Origin: Thraustochytrium aureum
Taxonomy: Eukaryota
Assembly (NCBI GenBank): GCA_012862495.1
Contig: BLSG01000005.1
Location: forward strand, 34,895-75,684
Reading direction: 5' to 3'
DNA: 40,790 nucleotides
In this document: in pieces, positions 1-10,004 of the stretch
Position numbering within the stretch: position 1 is the stretch's first letter
How the letters are laid out: each line of letters begins with the position of its first letter
Notes under the pieces: generated by a model
Database searches by the model: none
What the model saw: the letters and a program-made list of their open reading frames with translations, nothing else
Told to the model about the DNA's origin: nothing
Translations under genes and position numbers: made by a program

Positions 1-660
1 ACGGCAAGATCGACTACGACGGCTTGACGCCCTTGTCGCTGCCGTCGGCAAGGACAACATTGTTCTGGATCTCAGCTGCAGACAGAAAAAGGATAGCGTC
101 ATTGTCGAGGGCGGTCGTGACGAGACCTACTTTGTGGTCACGGACCGGTGGCAAAAGTACACCGACGTCGCAGTGTCCAAAGAAAACCTCGAAACGCTCT
201 CGAAATACTGCGACGAGTTTCTCGTGCACGGGGTCGACGTCGAGGGCATGCGCGTCGGCGTCATGGAGGATCTTGTGGAAAAGCTTGGGCGTTGGTCTCC
301 CATCCCTGTCACGTAAGTACCGCAGCGCGAACTGGCATGCTTGCGCGGTGAGTGCTGACTGCTCGACCTTGCAGCTATGCTGGAGGCGCCCGCTCCATCG
401 CAGACCTCGAGCTTGTCCAGAGGCTGGGGAACGGGCGCGTCGACCTCACGGTCGGGAGCGCGCTTGACGTGTTCGGGGGTGACCTCAAGTACGACACGGT
501 CGTCAAGTGGCACTATGCCAATCTGTTTGGCGAGAACGGGGCGGACGAGATCCCAGACGCGGCACTCAGGCAGCGCTGCGTGACGGCACGAGCCTCTCTT
601 GCGGCCGACCGCGCCGCGGAGCTCGCAGAGGCCGCGTTCAGGGCCTCCTTTGCGAGCTAA
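1..660 (+). CDS. HIS6: Phosphoribosylformimino-5-aminoimidazole carboxamide ribotide isomerase (eukaryotic His6 type), 5'-truncated by the window edge; intron 313-374
   Basis: Translation gives [39 protein letters not shown] and, after splicing GTAAGT(313)...TGCTGAC...TTGCAG(374), [17 protein letters not shown]...[14 protein letters not shown], all typical His6 motifs. Stop TAA at 658-660. One base appears to be missing near position 20 (GKIDYD and RLDALV are in different frames). Confidence 0.93.
313..374 (+). other. Spliceosomal intron (62 nt) in HIS6
   Basis: GTAAGT donor, TGCTGAC branch point, GCAG acceptor; removal restores PVTYAGG in frame. Confidence 0.92.
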
Positions 661-829
661 ATCTAGAGATGCTCCGCCGGTGCCCTGCGATCACCGTTTT
701 TCCCTTCTTGATCTTGATTGAAGATTGAAATCAAAAGGAAAATTCAATTAGTTTGCTTGATTGATTGATTGAGAGTACTTACACAAGTCTGCGGCAGTCG
801 CGCATGCATCGGCACAGGACTGCGGCGCC

Positions 830-2590
830 TCAAGCGTTGGGCCCCACCTCGGACAACGGCGTCGTGTGCGTCTCCATCGTCAGCGGGCGCTGCATGATCG
901 CCGTCACTACAAAGTCCTCCGGTTTGAGCTTGCCAGAAATAATATCGCAAACGGTCTGGAAAATGGGCAAGTGCAAGTTGCACTGCGCCGCAAACGCGAC
1001 CGCAACCTTGGCCGTCGGCACCCCCTCCACCGTAGTCGTGGCCAGGATTTCGTCAAGACTCTCGCCCTTGACGAGGCGTATGCCGCAAGAGCGGTTGCGC
1101 GAGAGCGACCCGAACGCCGTAAGCATCAGATCACCGATCCCGCTTAGGCCGGCCACCGTCTCCGGGCGCCCGCCCATCGCTACGCTGAGCGAAGTGAGCT
1201 CTGCGCAGCTCCGCGTCACATAGGCCGACATGGTGTTGATGCCGAACCCGAGGCCCTCAATCATGCCTGCGCCAAGCGCGAGGGGGTTCTTGAGCGCGCC
1301 TCCCAGCTCGACCCCGACCGTGTCCTGCGAGGCGTATATGCGAAACGAGGTGGACGACATGACACGCTGCACCTTGACCGCGTCGGCGAGACGCCGTGAG
1401 GCGACTACCACCGAGGTCGGCTGTTCGGTCACAATCTCCTTCGCGAAGGACGGTCCCGAGAGGACGGCAAAAGGTTGGTCGCGCCCAAATGCCTTGAGCA
1501 TTGCCTCCGAGAGCAGGCTCTGCGACTCAAGATGCAGACCCTTGGCCGTGCTGCAGTAAAGCGCGTCAGCGGGGATCAGGTCCCGGTTCTCTGCGATCCA
1601 CGCCGGAGACTTTTGCGCGGGCAGCGCGTGGATGATCAGCTCCGTGCCTTCGAGCGCCTCCTTCAAGTTGATCGTGGCCGACACGGTGTGCGGCAGGTCC
1701 AAGCCCGGGAGGTAGTATTCGTTGCGGTGCGTGAGCTTGATTTCGCGCGCTGCCTCGCGCTTGCGAAGGTAAATGATCACGTTGTGGCCGTTCCGGCCCG
1801 CGGCCGCCGCCATCGCGGTCCCAAACGCGCCGCCCCCAATCACGGTGATCTTGATCTTGCGCATCGAGGTGGAGGGGCCGAGGTTGAGCCGCTGCCACAG
1901 GTGAGCTGCGACCGCGTCGCGTCCGTGATGGAGGCCGCGGATTTCGGGCAGGTCGTTCGGGTCCCCCTCAGTCATGCTTCGAAAGTTGCGAGTAAGGAGG
2001 CGTTCGTGCGACGACTTGGCTCCTTCCGCACGTCCGCGCCTCCAGTTCTGGTACTGCTGGCGGTACACGTTGAGTACGTCGGCGACGCTGTCGATCTGGT
2101 CGTTTCGCCTGAACTCTGCGGGTTGAGCCGCGCGATCGAGAAGCGCCTCGGCCACAGAGACGTGCGATGCGCGGCTCGAGCTCCGTCGCCGTTCGCTTGT
2201 GCTGAGTCTGGCTTGCCGGCTTTGCTCGGCGGCGTCGCTTTCCTCAGATTCTGTCTCCTCAGGGAGCTCCACGACGGTCCCGTAGGCCACATCTGTTTTC
2301 GTGATACGGTCAGACACGAGCTGGCTCGCTGCAGCGCGCTCGCGCGCGGCGGCTCCGCTGTCTGCGTCCGCCCGCCGCAACGCGCCACCGTTCTGTGCTG
2401 CAAGCTGCTGTGTCAGGCGCGCAATGTGAAACGCCAGCGCCGTGGTGTCTTCCTCGGTGAAGGCCCGTTCCCGGCGTCTACGCTTGGGCGCAACAGCGAG
2501 CGAAAGCAGCGCTCCGAGCGCGGCGCCTGCCACGACGAGGCTTGTCGCCAGCAGAGTGGCCTTTGCGGCGCTTTCAAACCCGCTCGACAT
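830..2590 (-). CDS. gpsA: NAD(P)-dependent glycerol-3-phosphate dehydrogenase (GpsA-like) with an N-terminal transmembrane segment and long extension
   Basis: Rossmann motif KITVIGGGAFGTAMA, STAKGL, LSGPSFAKE, GVELGGALKN (catalytic Lys), GLSGIGDLMLT, SRNR, VEGVPTA. Likely start is ATG at 2590 (MSSGFES); the ORF track extends to 2926 from a non-ATG codon through low-complexity sequence. Confidence 0.92.
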   Translation of the reverse strand: MSSGFESAAKATLLATSLVVAGAALGALLSLAVAPKRRRRERAFTEEDTTALAFHIARLTQQLAAQNGGALRRADADSGAAARERAAASQLVSDRITKTDVAYGTVVELPEETESEESDAAEQSRQARLSTSERRRSSSRASHVSVAEALLDRAAQPAEFRRNDQIDSVADVLNVYRQQYQNWRRGRAEGAKSSHERLLTRNFRSMTEGDPNDLPEIRGLHHGRDAVAAHLWQRLNLGPSTSMRKIKITVIGGGAFGTAMAAAAGRNGHNVIIYLRKREAAREIKLTHRNEYYLPGLDLPHTVSATINLKEALEGTELIIHALPAQKSPAWIAENRDLIPADALYCSTAKGLHLESQSLLSEAMLKAFGRDQPFAVLSGPSFAKEIVTEQPTSVVVASRRLADAVKVQRVMSSTSFRIYASQDTVGVELGGALKNPLALGAGMIEGLGFGINTMSAYVTRSCAELTSLSVAMGGRPETVAGLSGIGDLMLTAFGSLSRNRSCGIRLVKGESLDEILATTTVEGVPTAKVAVAFAAQCNLHLPIFQTVCDIISGKLKPEDFVVTAIMQRPLTMETHTTPLSEVGPNA

Positions 2591-2635
2591 GTCTGGGCGC
2601 CTCGTAGCCTCGCACTGTGCTTGCCAAGGTTGCCT

Positions 2636-2688
2636 CGTTGCTGACGAGCGTTGCTGATGAGCGTTGCTGACGAGCGTTGCTGACGAGC
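2636..2688. repeat. 13-bp tandem repeat (CGTTGCTGACGAG) x4
   Basis: Four copies, one with a C>T change, about 45 bp upstream of the G3PDH start. Confidence 0.9.
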
Positions 2689-3757
2689 ACTTGCCACGGC
2701 GCGACTTGGCCTGCGGTTGACCTCGCGGGCGGTAGCACGACGGGACGCAGGTCCTTGGGCGCTGCGCCGTGCTGCGGACCTGCTGGCAACCTGGCCGGCT
2801 GGAGCGCTTGCGCTTCTTCCTTTGAAGGACGACGGACCTCCTGGCTGGCTGGTTTGTAGTGGTTTGTACCCCTGCGCGTGCGGTCGACCTGCGCTGTGGA
2901 GTAGAGTGAGTAGAGTGAGTACTCACTCATGTAACCGTCTGCATGCACTCACTGTCTCACTGCCGCAAGCGTATCCTGGCACGCTGGCCGGGTGCTCGGT
3001 ATCGCCGAGAGGGCACGCCAGAATCGCGCGATCAAGGAGGGCGCTCACGGGCAAAATCGCCGCGCTCCACACACTGATGATGAAGCCGCTCACCAGCATC
3101 GCGCGCAGCAGCAGCCCACGGGACGTTAGTGGTACTTCGCTCGCTCGGCCGCCTGCGAGTACGAGTACTCTCCTTGGCGGTTGTGTACTTGGCCCCCCCG
3201 TCCATTCGGCATCGCGACTCGCGAGACAAGCTTGGCCAGGACTACTGTGTTTACCGCCGGTACGCCCTCATCAGGCTGCCTGGAGAGGATCGACCGGGCA
3301 CAGGTCAGCAGACTACTTGGCGCGAAGGACTCGTTACCTCTCGAGTCCTCTTGCTCTTCTGACCTGTCAGGGTCTTGCGCCTGCGCGCCGGCCTGCTGAG
3401 CCTGCTGAGCCTGCGCGGCTGGCTGGCTGGCTGCTTGCTGCGTGGCTGCCCGGCTGCGCCGCCGCTGGACCGTCGGCAAGCGGCGGTTGTGCTCGGAGGA
3501 CGACGGTTTGCGCGAAAAGCTGCTCTGGAGGTCTTCCGACTTGGTCGCTGGCTGGCTGGCAGCCGGCCTGGGGGAGTGGNNNNNNNNNNNNNNNNNNNNN
3601 NNNNNNNNNNNNNNNNNNNNNNNNNNNNNNNNNNNNNNNNNNNNNNNNNNNNNNNNNNNCTCCCGCTCGTTCGTTCGAGCGGCGAGAGTGCGGTGGCCAC
3701 GCGCTGACCTGACCTACAACAACACGCCACACTCAGCCCGACCAAACTGCTCCGGGG

Positions 3758-4759
3758 ATGGCTCCCTTTGCGAAGCTGGCGGTCGTGGCTGCATTGGTAA
3801 TCGCCTACGCGGCAGGCGACCGGCGCAGTCCTCAAACTGATGCTGGTGGCGAGTGCGAGGACGGCGGCGTTGGCGAGGAGACATGCGCTGCCAAGAAGAC
3901 CTGGGTTTGCGAAGCAGACCTCGTCTTGACTGCGTCCCGCGTCGTGGTCGTGGCGGACGTGCATGGAGATGGCGTGCAGCTCACGAAAGCACTCCGCACA
4001 GCAAATCTGGTCAACGCGGACGGGCAGACCTGGATTGGTGGGAGCGCTGTTCTCGTGCAGACGGGCGACATCATGGACCGCGGTCCTGACAGCTACGACA
4101 TCCTCGTGAGGTTGCGTGATCTTGCCAAGCAGGCCCGACTGGCCGGGGGCTGCGTGGTGCAGCTTCTCGGCAACCACGAGCTACTCAACATGGCTGGCGA
4201 CTTCACTTACGCCGACCCGCAAGAAACCGCCGGGTTTGGCGGAACTCTTGGCCGCCACGAAAAGCTCGGCCTTGGGCACTGGCTGGGCGATAGACTGCGC
4301 TCCCTGCCTCTGGCGGCGCGCGTAGTGCAGCAGGCGCCAGACGGAACCAACTTTACGACCATCATGTCGCATGCTGGTGTGGGTCACTGGATTGCAGAAC
4401 AGAGCTCCTTGGCCCACATGAACCAAGTTATGCGCGAGGCGTTTCGGAGCGCGACCGAGCGCGACATTGCACGCCTGTCGCACACCAGCAAAATTCTACT
4501 CGGCCAGGGCCCCCTCTGGACTCGCGCCTTCGCGGAGCACGACGAAACCCGGGTGTGCGCGCTCCTCGATCGCACGCTCGCCGCAATGGACGCGCAGAGA
4601 ATGATCGTTGGCCATACTGTGCAGATGACTGGGCGGCCAGCAGTAAGGTGCTCGGGACGCCTTGTTCTTGCAGATACCGGCATGAGCAGCTTTTACGGCG
4701 GCGGCGTGTCGTTGGTGCAGCTTGAGCCTGAGGCGGAGAGCCCCATCTCATTGTACTGA
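3758..4759 (+). CDS. Calcineurin-like metallophosphoesterase of the Shewanella-like phosphatase (SLP/Shelph) family, with a predicted signal peptide
   Basis: Motifs ADVHGD, TGDIMDRG, LGNHE, SHAG, GPLWTR, IVGHT and the Shelph-type LADTGMS; hydrophobic N-terminus MAPFAKLAVVAALVIAYAAG. Confidence 0.88.
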   Translation: MAPFAKLAVVAALVIAYAAGDRRSPQTDAGGECEDGGVGEETCAAKKTWVCEADLVLTASRVVVVADVHGDGVQLTKALRTANLVNADGQTWIGGSAVLVQTGDIMDRGPDSYDILVRLRDLAKQARLAGGCVVQLLGNHELLNMAGDFTYADPQETAGFGGTLGRHEKLGLGHWLGDRLRSLPLAARVVQQAPDGTNFTTIMSHAGVGHWIAEQSSLAHMNQVMREAFRSATERDIARLSHTSKILLGQGPLWTRAFAEHDETRVCALLDRTLAAMDAQRMIVGHTVQMTGRPAVRCSGRLVLADTGMSSFYGGGVSLVQLEPEAESPISLY

Positions 4760-4997
4760 TCCCCTGCGACTTGTTCTGCTTGGAGCGCTCTCTCAAGCGT
4801 AGCTAGAGCTAGTGCGAGCCTGGCGCAGTTGGGGGCGCCAATGCGTGGCTCTCTCTCTCTCTCTCGCAGCTGGCTCCTGGACTGTTGCAGCTGCCAGTGG
4901 CTCCTGGTTGGTTAGTTCTTTGGCTTTGTTGTAATTACGTACTTAGTTCGGTTCGGTAGACCAAGCAAGTACCCAGTGCCGGCCGCTGCGCGCAAGG

Positions 4998-7900
4998 TCA
5001 GTTCATCTTGAAGGCATGCTTGAACAGCGAGGGCTCCACCCAGTTGTACGCGCTGCGCTCAACGAACGTTGATCGGACTCCGTTCCGGATTCCGTCAAGT
5101 CCCGCGCGCAAGTCCCCGCGAACGCCGCGCGGTAGCTTGACGGGCTCCTTGGCGCGCGCGTTCTTCTTCTCGATCTCCTGCTCCGCCCGCTCCATGTCGG
5201 CCAAGCTCTCGATGTACTTTATCTGCGTATAGAGTTGACCTGCGCTGTACTCGGGGCGGAGCTGCAACCGGCGCCCGTTAAGCACAAACGTGCGGCCGTG
5301 CACCGATTGCTGGCGCGTGCGCAGCTCCACAGACGGGTCATCCGCCACGAGGTGGCCCTCATAGTACCTGCGAATGGCACCGCGGGCCGCCAGGTGGAGC
5401 TTGTTGGCAAGCCAGGTCTGATCCACTTCCGCGCCGCATCCAGGACAGTTGAGCGCGCTCTGAGCCTGCGCCGCGTCCGAGGGAGTGCGCGCGGCCCGCT
5501 CCTCGGGGGCGAGCCCGTGCAGAGCGCGCTCCAACTCGCTCGGGAGAAAGATGCCGCCCGCCGGGAACGTGTATTCGATCGCGCACCGAGAGCACGTGAG
5601 CGGGACGCGCTCGCAGCCCTTGAAGCGGTCCGCGTCAGAAATGTCGGCAATGTTGAGGAGGTCGTCAGATTCGCCAGCGCTCTGCGAGTGCTGGAACGCC
5701 CGCGGATCGAGCCCAAGGTGCTCGGCGATCTGCGCAGGCGAGGTGCCGTCGATTGGCTCGCACAGACGCTGCGTGGGCGGGACAATCTGCTGTTTGAGGT
5801 ACCAGCTCGTGTCCACCTTGAGGAGTCCCCCTGGCGCATTGCGAACCTCTTCGGGATGGAACGCGCGCGCCGCATATGATCCCGTCGCGGGTGCTGCTGG
5901 CGCCAAGGGCGGAGCGTCGTCTGGGGCCCCCAGGCCCTCCTCCTTGGCGCCCGCCTCAGCCTGCTCCTTGAGCACCTTGATCCTGGCATCGTACTCGACG
6001 CGGGTCATTGTGCAAATCACGTAGGGGATGTGGTCGCCCGTGTTGACCGGCTTGCCTCGCTCCACCATCGCCAGCGCAACACTCAGGTGCGGCTGGCTCT
6101 TGGCGTCGGGGTAGTCTTTGGGCGCCTTGTTGAGGCCCTTGGTGATCACATACTCCTCCAGCGGGACCTTGTCCTCCTTAATCTCCTCCTGCACAGTGTC
6201 GAGGTAGTCATGGATCCCGTCCACAATGTCGTCGTACGACTTGCCCGAGAGGATAAAGTCCAGCACCGTGTGGCCCACGCGCTTGGACAGCGGGCACCAG
6301 TCTCGGCGCACGAGGTCGAGACCCTTCGTCTCCTTCTCTGTCACGATCTGCACCGACCCGTCTGGCCCCTTGACCTCCTTGATCGTCAACGCGGCATACT
6401 TTTTCTTTTTGAGCAGCAAGAGCGTCTTGAACACGCCGTCCTGCTCGATTTCCAAGAGGCGGTACAGCCGATTGATCTCCTGCTTGATCCGCTTGCCGGT
6501 TTCCTTGACCACGGCGAGGTCGGTCGAGTTGGTGTTGACCATGATCGAGTCAGTGTCGCCATAAATCACCTCGAAACCAAGCTTGTCCTGTGCAATGTCC
6601 ACCGTGTTTTGCAGGATCGAGCGCCCCTGGGCGGTCACCAGGGCGGCCACGGGGCGCGCGAAAAAGCGAAACCCCTTGAACCCAAGGCAGCCGTACATCG
6701 AGTTGGCCGTGATCTTGAGCGCCTTTTGGCGCACGTCCAGCTGCGCGTGCTTCGCTGGGTCCTTCTCCGACTTGAGCTGCTGCTTGACCGCCTTGCGCCG
6801 CTCTACCAGCGTGCGGATCAGCGAGGGGACCACGGCGAGCTCCGAGTGAACCGCGAGGTCGGGCAGGGGAGGCAGTGCCTCGCCCTCCTCGAGCTCGAGC
6901 ACAGGGTCGTTCTCGCCTGCGTCCTCGTCGTGCCCGCCCTCCTCGGCGCCAGCCGGTCTACCCTCGATCGCGCTCGCGTAGTGGTCGTCCTCGGCCTGCG
7001 GCGGGCGGTCCACTGTCGTGTAGCAGATGTTGTACTCTTGGATGATGGACGGGTACAGCGAGTTGAAGTCGAGGAGGAGGATGTACTTGTCGTAGAGGCC
7101 CTTTTTAGGTTCCAGCACAAGGCCCCCGTCGTACTTTGGTTTGCGGGACGCGCTGCGCGACTTGCCCCCCGCGGCGCTCGACTTGCCGCCCTTGGCTTTG
7201 CCCACGACCTTGTCTGGCACCAAGTAGTCGCGGCGGCGGAACTCGTGCAGCAAAAGGTACTCGATTCGCTCAGCCCGCCCCCCGGAGAGCGTGCGCGACC
7301 AGAGGTTGCCGGCCAACGAGGAAAGCTGCAGCGTGAGCGGGAGCGCCTCGAGCTTGAACGAGAGCTGCAGCGCGAGCCAGGCGTCAGCCTCGGAGAAGTT
7401 GACGAGCTTGCAGAGCAGCTCTTTGCTCTGGAAAAAGTAGGGCACTTGCGCGGGCTGAATCTCGGTACGGGCGCGGTCGAGCTGCGTGCGGCACAGCTCG
7501 GTCAGTGTGTAGCTGCGCTGGCCCAGCAGGAGCTCCTTGGCCGTCACGTACGTGTCCAGGAGGAGCCGCCCGGGGGCCAGGTTTGTGCCAGCAAAGTAGC
7601 CCCCGCCGTCGGACCGCTTGTTGGGCATTTTGGACAGCCGCAGGCGGCCCAGCTTGGACCACATGCTCACCTTGTTGGCGTTCATGCGCGACAGCAGCAC
7701 GTCCATCTCGAACTGGCGGATGTTGTGCCCGACCACCACGTCCGGGTCCAGGCGCTGCATCTGGACCATCAGCATGCTCAGCAGCGCGCGCTCGTTGTTC
7801 TGCACCTTGACGTGCGGCGACACCTTCTTCACAAAGTCGCGAAACCCAGGCGGCAACACGGCGGCGCCCCCTGGGGCGCCACGCAGCACCGTAAACGCTT

Positions 7901-9965
7901 GCACCTCGCTGCTCTCCGTAGCACGCGGCGTGGCTCCCACCAGGTCGACACCATCCCTGACGAGGCCAGAAACGATCATGACTTCGTGCTCGTGCGACTT
8001 TTCGTTCACCACGGTCTTGAGCGAGAGTGAGAGGACGCGAAGCTTTGGCGGCGGCGGCTGCTCCACCGCGCGCGCCTCCTTGCCGGCAGCGTGGTCCGCC
8101 TTGGCCTCCGCCAGCAAGACGTTGTGGAGAGGCGTGACTTGGCGCGGGCTTTCCACCGTGATGTGGTACCTGCACCAACTCACGGAAAGCTGCGGGAACA
8201 CCGGGTTTTTGATGCGAATCCACATCGGGCCCTTGAGCTCGCGCGACAAGACGACCTGCTCAGACGCGGTCTGGTGGGTCCCGAAAACACGCGAAAAGGT
8301 CTCGCCCTGGAGGTCGTGGTCCAGCTGGAACTTCTCCGCGCACATCGGGAAGTGGACTTCCAGGTACTCGGTCTCCTCGCGCGGCACGTCCGGGAGCTCG
8401 AACGCGTACTTGAGCTTGGTCGGCTTGCACTTGAAGGCTCTGCCGCCGTTGGCTCCGACGGGAAGCACGTTGTCGATTGCGACCGTCCGAAACTCGTCCA
8501 AAACGCCCTTAAAGTCGACGCGCTCGCCGTCCTGGCCTTTGCGCGTCGCTCGCGGGAGCACATACAGCACGCGGCTGATGTTGTTGACTTGGACGCTGCA
8601 GCTTGCGTGCTCTTTCTTGGCCTCGTCCCAGACCTTGCCGAACAGAAAAACGGTCCCCTTGCTCGAGCGGTAGTCTTCGTACATGTCCATGTAGTAAAAG
8701 TCCAGAAACTCGTTGCCGGCCTCGTCGCGCTGCGGCTCGCTGGGCCTGCTGGACGACTCGCTCGCGCCCGCTTCCGTCTCCGCGGCAGCGCCGTCCTCGT
8801 CGATTGCGCGCCGCGGCCCGCTCGTCCAGCCCGAGTTGTCCTCGCCCGCGTCGGCGAGCCCAAAAGCGGACGGCGGCGTCGACATGAACGTCACATTCGA
8901 CTTTGAGCTCGGCGGCGGCGTGGTCGGAACGGCGCGCTTTGGCGCCGCGCGGACCGGGCGGGCTCGCGCGGCGGCCAGGAGCTTGGCCTTCATGTCAAGC
9001 CGCGTGGACTTGGCCTCTTCAGGCGCCGCTTGAGCGCTGTCGGTTGCAAGAGCCACGTCCGTGTCCGTCTCCTTGCCGCTGGATGCGTGCGGCTCGTGGC
9101 TGGTCTCGGACGCGGTGGCTTTGGCTGCATCGCCGGCTGCGTCCTGCCCGGTCTCGACATGATCCTCGTAGTTGTCGTCTCCAGCGGCGTCATCCTCATG
9201 CTCGTCGTAGTCGCCAGCCCCGTCCTCGTCTGAGGCGCGCGTTTCGGTCCCATGACGCCCGTTCTCGCCGACGAGCGCGCCCTCATCGTCGAGCTCTTCG
9301 AGGGCGGCGGAAAAGTCGCCGCCGCGATGCGAAAGCGAGGATTTCTTGTGGCGTTTCCTTTTGTCTTTGCGGGAGGAGGACCGCTTCGAGCTGCTGTGGG
9401 CGCTTTTGCGCTTTTTGCGCGCCGAGGCGGTCGACTCCGCGACGAGATCGTTCAGCATGCCCTCGAGCGACTCGTCTTGGAGAGCGGCCTCGGCCGCCCG
9501 CTCTGCGGCGCCGGCTGGCACTCCGGCGGCAGCGGCTACGGTATTCTTACGCGACGAGCTGCTGGCCATCTTGGTGAACATGGAGGAGAGCTTGTGCGAG
9601 GCGCCGCCCTCTTGCGCGTCGAGCGCCTCTTTGCGCCGCTTGCCAGCCCTGCTCTTCGCTGCGGCACTGCTGTCGTCCTGGCCCAGCGCGCCGCGCTTGC
9701 CCGCCCCCGCGTCGCCGGCGTCGCCGGCGCGGCGCTCCCCGTCCTCGTAGTCGTCTACGTATCCTGTGCCATCGTCATCGACCACAAAATCCGTCTCCTT
9801 GAGCTTTTTCACGTGCTCCTTGTACTCTTCCTCGTCCATGTACTCGTACATGTCATCCTCCGAGCTGTCGTCCTCGACCTCCTCGCGCCGCAGCCCGAGC
9901 TCACGAAACTCCTTGATGCGCTTGAGCGCCAGGAGCTTTTCGAGCTTGTCGTCCTTGCGCGGCAT
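4998..9965 (-). CDS. POLA1: DNA polymerase alpha catalytic subunit (family B)
   Basis: N-terminal DFVVDDDGTGYVD motif, GTVFLFGKV, LLLDFNSLYPSIIQEYNICYTT, KITANSMYGCLG, VIYGDTDSIM, KGLDLVRRDWC, C-terminal CSRC...CPGC site. Likely start is ATG at 9965 (MPRKDDK); no intron needed. Confidence 0.97.
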   Translation of the reverse strand: MPRKDDKLEKLLALKRIKEFRELGLRREEVEDDSSEDDMYEYMDEEEYKEHVKKLKETDFVVDDDGTGYVDDYEDGERRAGDAGDAGAGKRGALGQDDSSAAAKSRAGKRRKEALDAQEGGASHKLSSMFTKMASSSSRKNTVAAAAGVPAGAAERAAEAALQDESLEGMLNDLVAESTASARKKRKSAHSSSKRSSSRKDKRKRHKKSSLSHRGGDFSAALEELDDEGALVGENGRHGTETRASDEDGAGDYDEHEDDAAGDDNYEDHVETGQDAAGDAAKATASETSHEPHASSGKETDTDVALATDSAQAAPEEAKSTRLDMKAKLLAAARARPVRAAPKRAVPTTPPPSSKSNVTFMSTPPSAFGLADAGEDNSGWTSGPRRAIDEDGAAAETEAGASESSSRPSEPQRDEAGNEFLDFYYMDMYEDYRSSKGTVFLFGKVWDEAKKEHASCSVQVNNISRVLYVLPRATRKGQDGERVDFKGVLDEFRTVAIDNVLPVGANGGRAFKCKPTKLKYAFELPDVPREETEYLEVHFPMCAEKFQLDHDLQGETFSRVFGTHQTASEQVVLSRELKGPMWIRIKNPVFPQLSVSWCRYHITVESPRQVTPLHNVLLAEAKADHAAGKEARAVEQPPPPKLRVLSLSLKTVVNEKSHEHEVMIVSGLVRDGVDLVGATPRATESSEVQAFTVLRGAPGGAAVLPPGFRDFVKKVSPHVKVQNNERALLSMLMVQMQRLDPDVVVGHNIRQFEMDVLLSRMNANKVSMWSKLGRLRLSKMPNKRSDGGGYFAGTNLAPGRLLLDTYVTAKELLLGQRSYTLTELCRTQLDRARTEIQPAQVPYFFQSKELLCKLVNFSEADAWLALQLSFKLEALPLTLQLSSLAGNLWSRTLSGGRAERIEYLLLHEFRRRDYLVPDKVVGKAKGGKSSAAGGKSRSASRKPKYDGGLVLEPKKGLYDKYILLLDFNSLYPSIIQEYNICYTTVDRPPQAEDDHYASAIEGRPAGAEEGGHDEDAGENDPVLELEEGEALPPLPDLAVHSELAVVPSLIRTLVERRKAVKQQLKSEKDPAKHAQLDVRQKALKITANSMYGCLGFKGFRFFARPVAALVTAQGRSILQNTVDIAQDKLGFEVIYGDTDSIMVNTNSTDLAVVKETGKRIKQEINRLYRLLEIEQDGVFKTLLLLKKKKYAALTIKEVKGPDGSVQIVTEKETKGLDLVRRDWCPLSKRVGHTVLDFILSGKSYDDIVDGIHDYLDTVQEEIKEDKVPLEEYVITKGLNKAPKDYPDAKSQPHLSVALAMVERGKPVNTGDHIPYVICTMTRVEYDARIKVLKEQAEAGAKEEGLGAPDDAPPLAPAAPATGSYAARAFHPEEVRNAPGGLLKVDTSWYLKQQIVPPTQRLCEPIDGTSPAQIAEHLGLDPRAFQHSQSAGESDDLLNIADISDADRFKGCERVPLTCSRCAIEYTFPAGGIFLPSELERALHGLAPEERAARTPSDAAQAQSALNCPGCGAEVDQTWLANKLHLAARGAIRRYYEGHLVADDPSVELRTRQQSVHGRTFVLNGRRLQLRPEYSAGQLYTQIKYIESLADMERAEQEIEKKNARAKEPVKLPRGVRGDLRAGLDGIRNGVRSTFVERSAYNWVEPSLFKHAFKMN

Positions 9966-10004
9966 CTTTCGAGCACCTCGACGTCGCCCTTGAGAGAATC
10001 CCTG

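Noticed and set aside
2930..3579. Possible small gene between G3PDH and the phosphatase
   Set aside because: Only short low-complexity frames with GGCT repeats and no recognisable motif.
6030..8030. Long + strand ORF (666 aa) and similar antisense ORFs over G3PDH, DENN, IMPDH and TRP genes
   Set aside because: Shadow ORFs caused by high GC3 on the opposite strand of recognised genes; no motifs.
4998..9965. Family B polymerase as a sign of an integrated virus or Polinton
   Set aside because: It has the N- and C-terminal regions specific to cellular Pol alpha, and no capsid, packaging ATPase or integrase gene is nearby.
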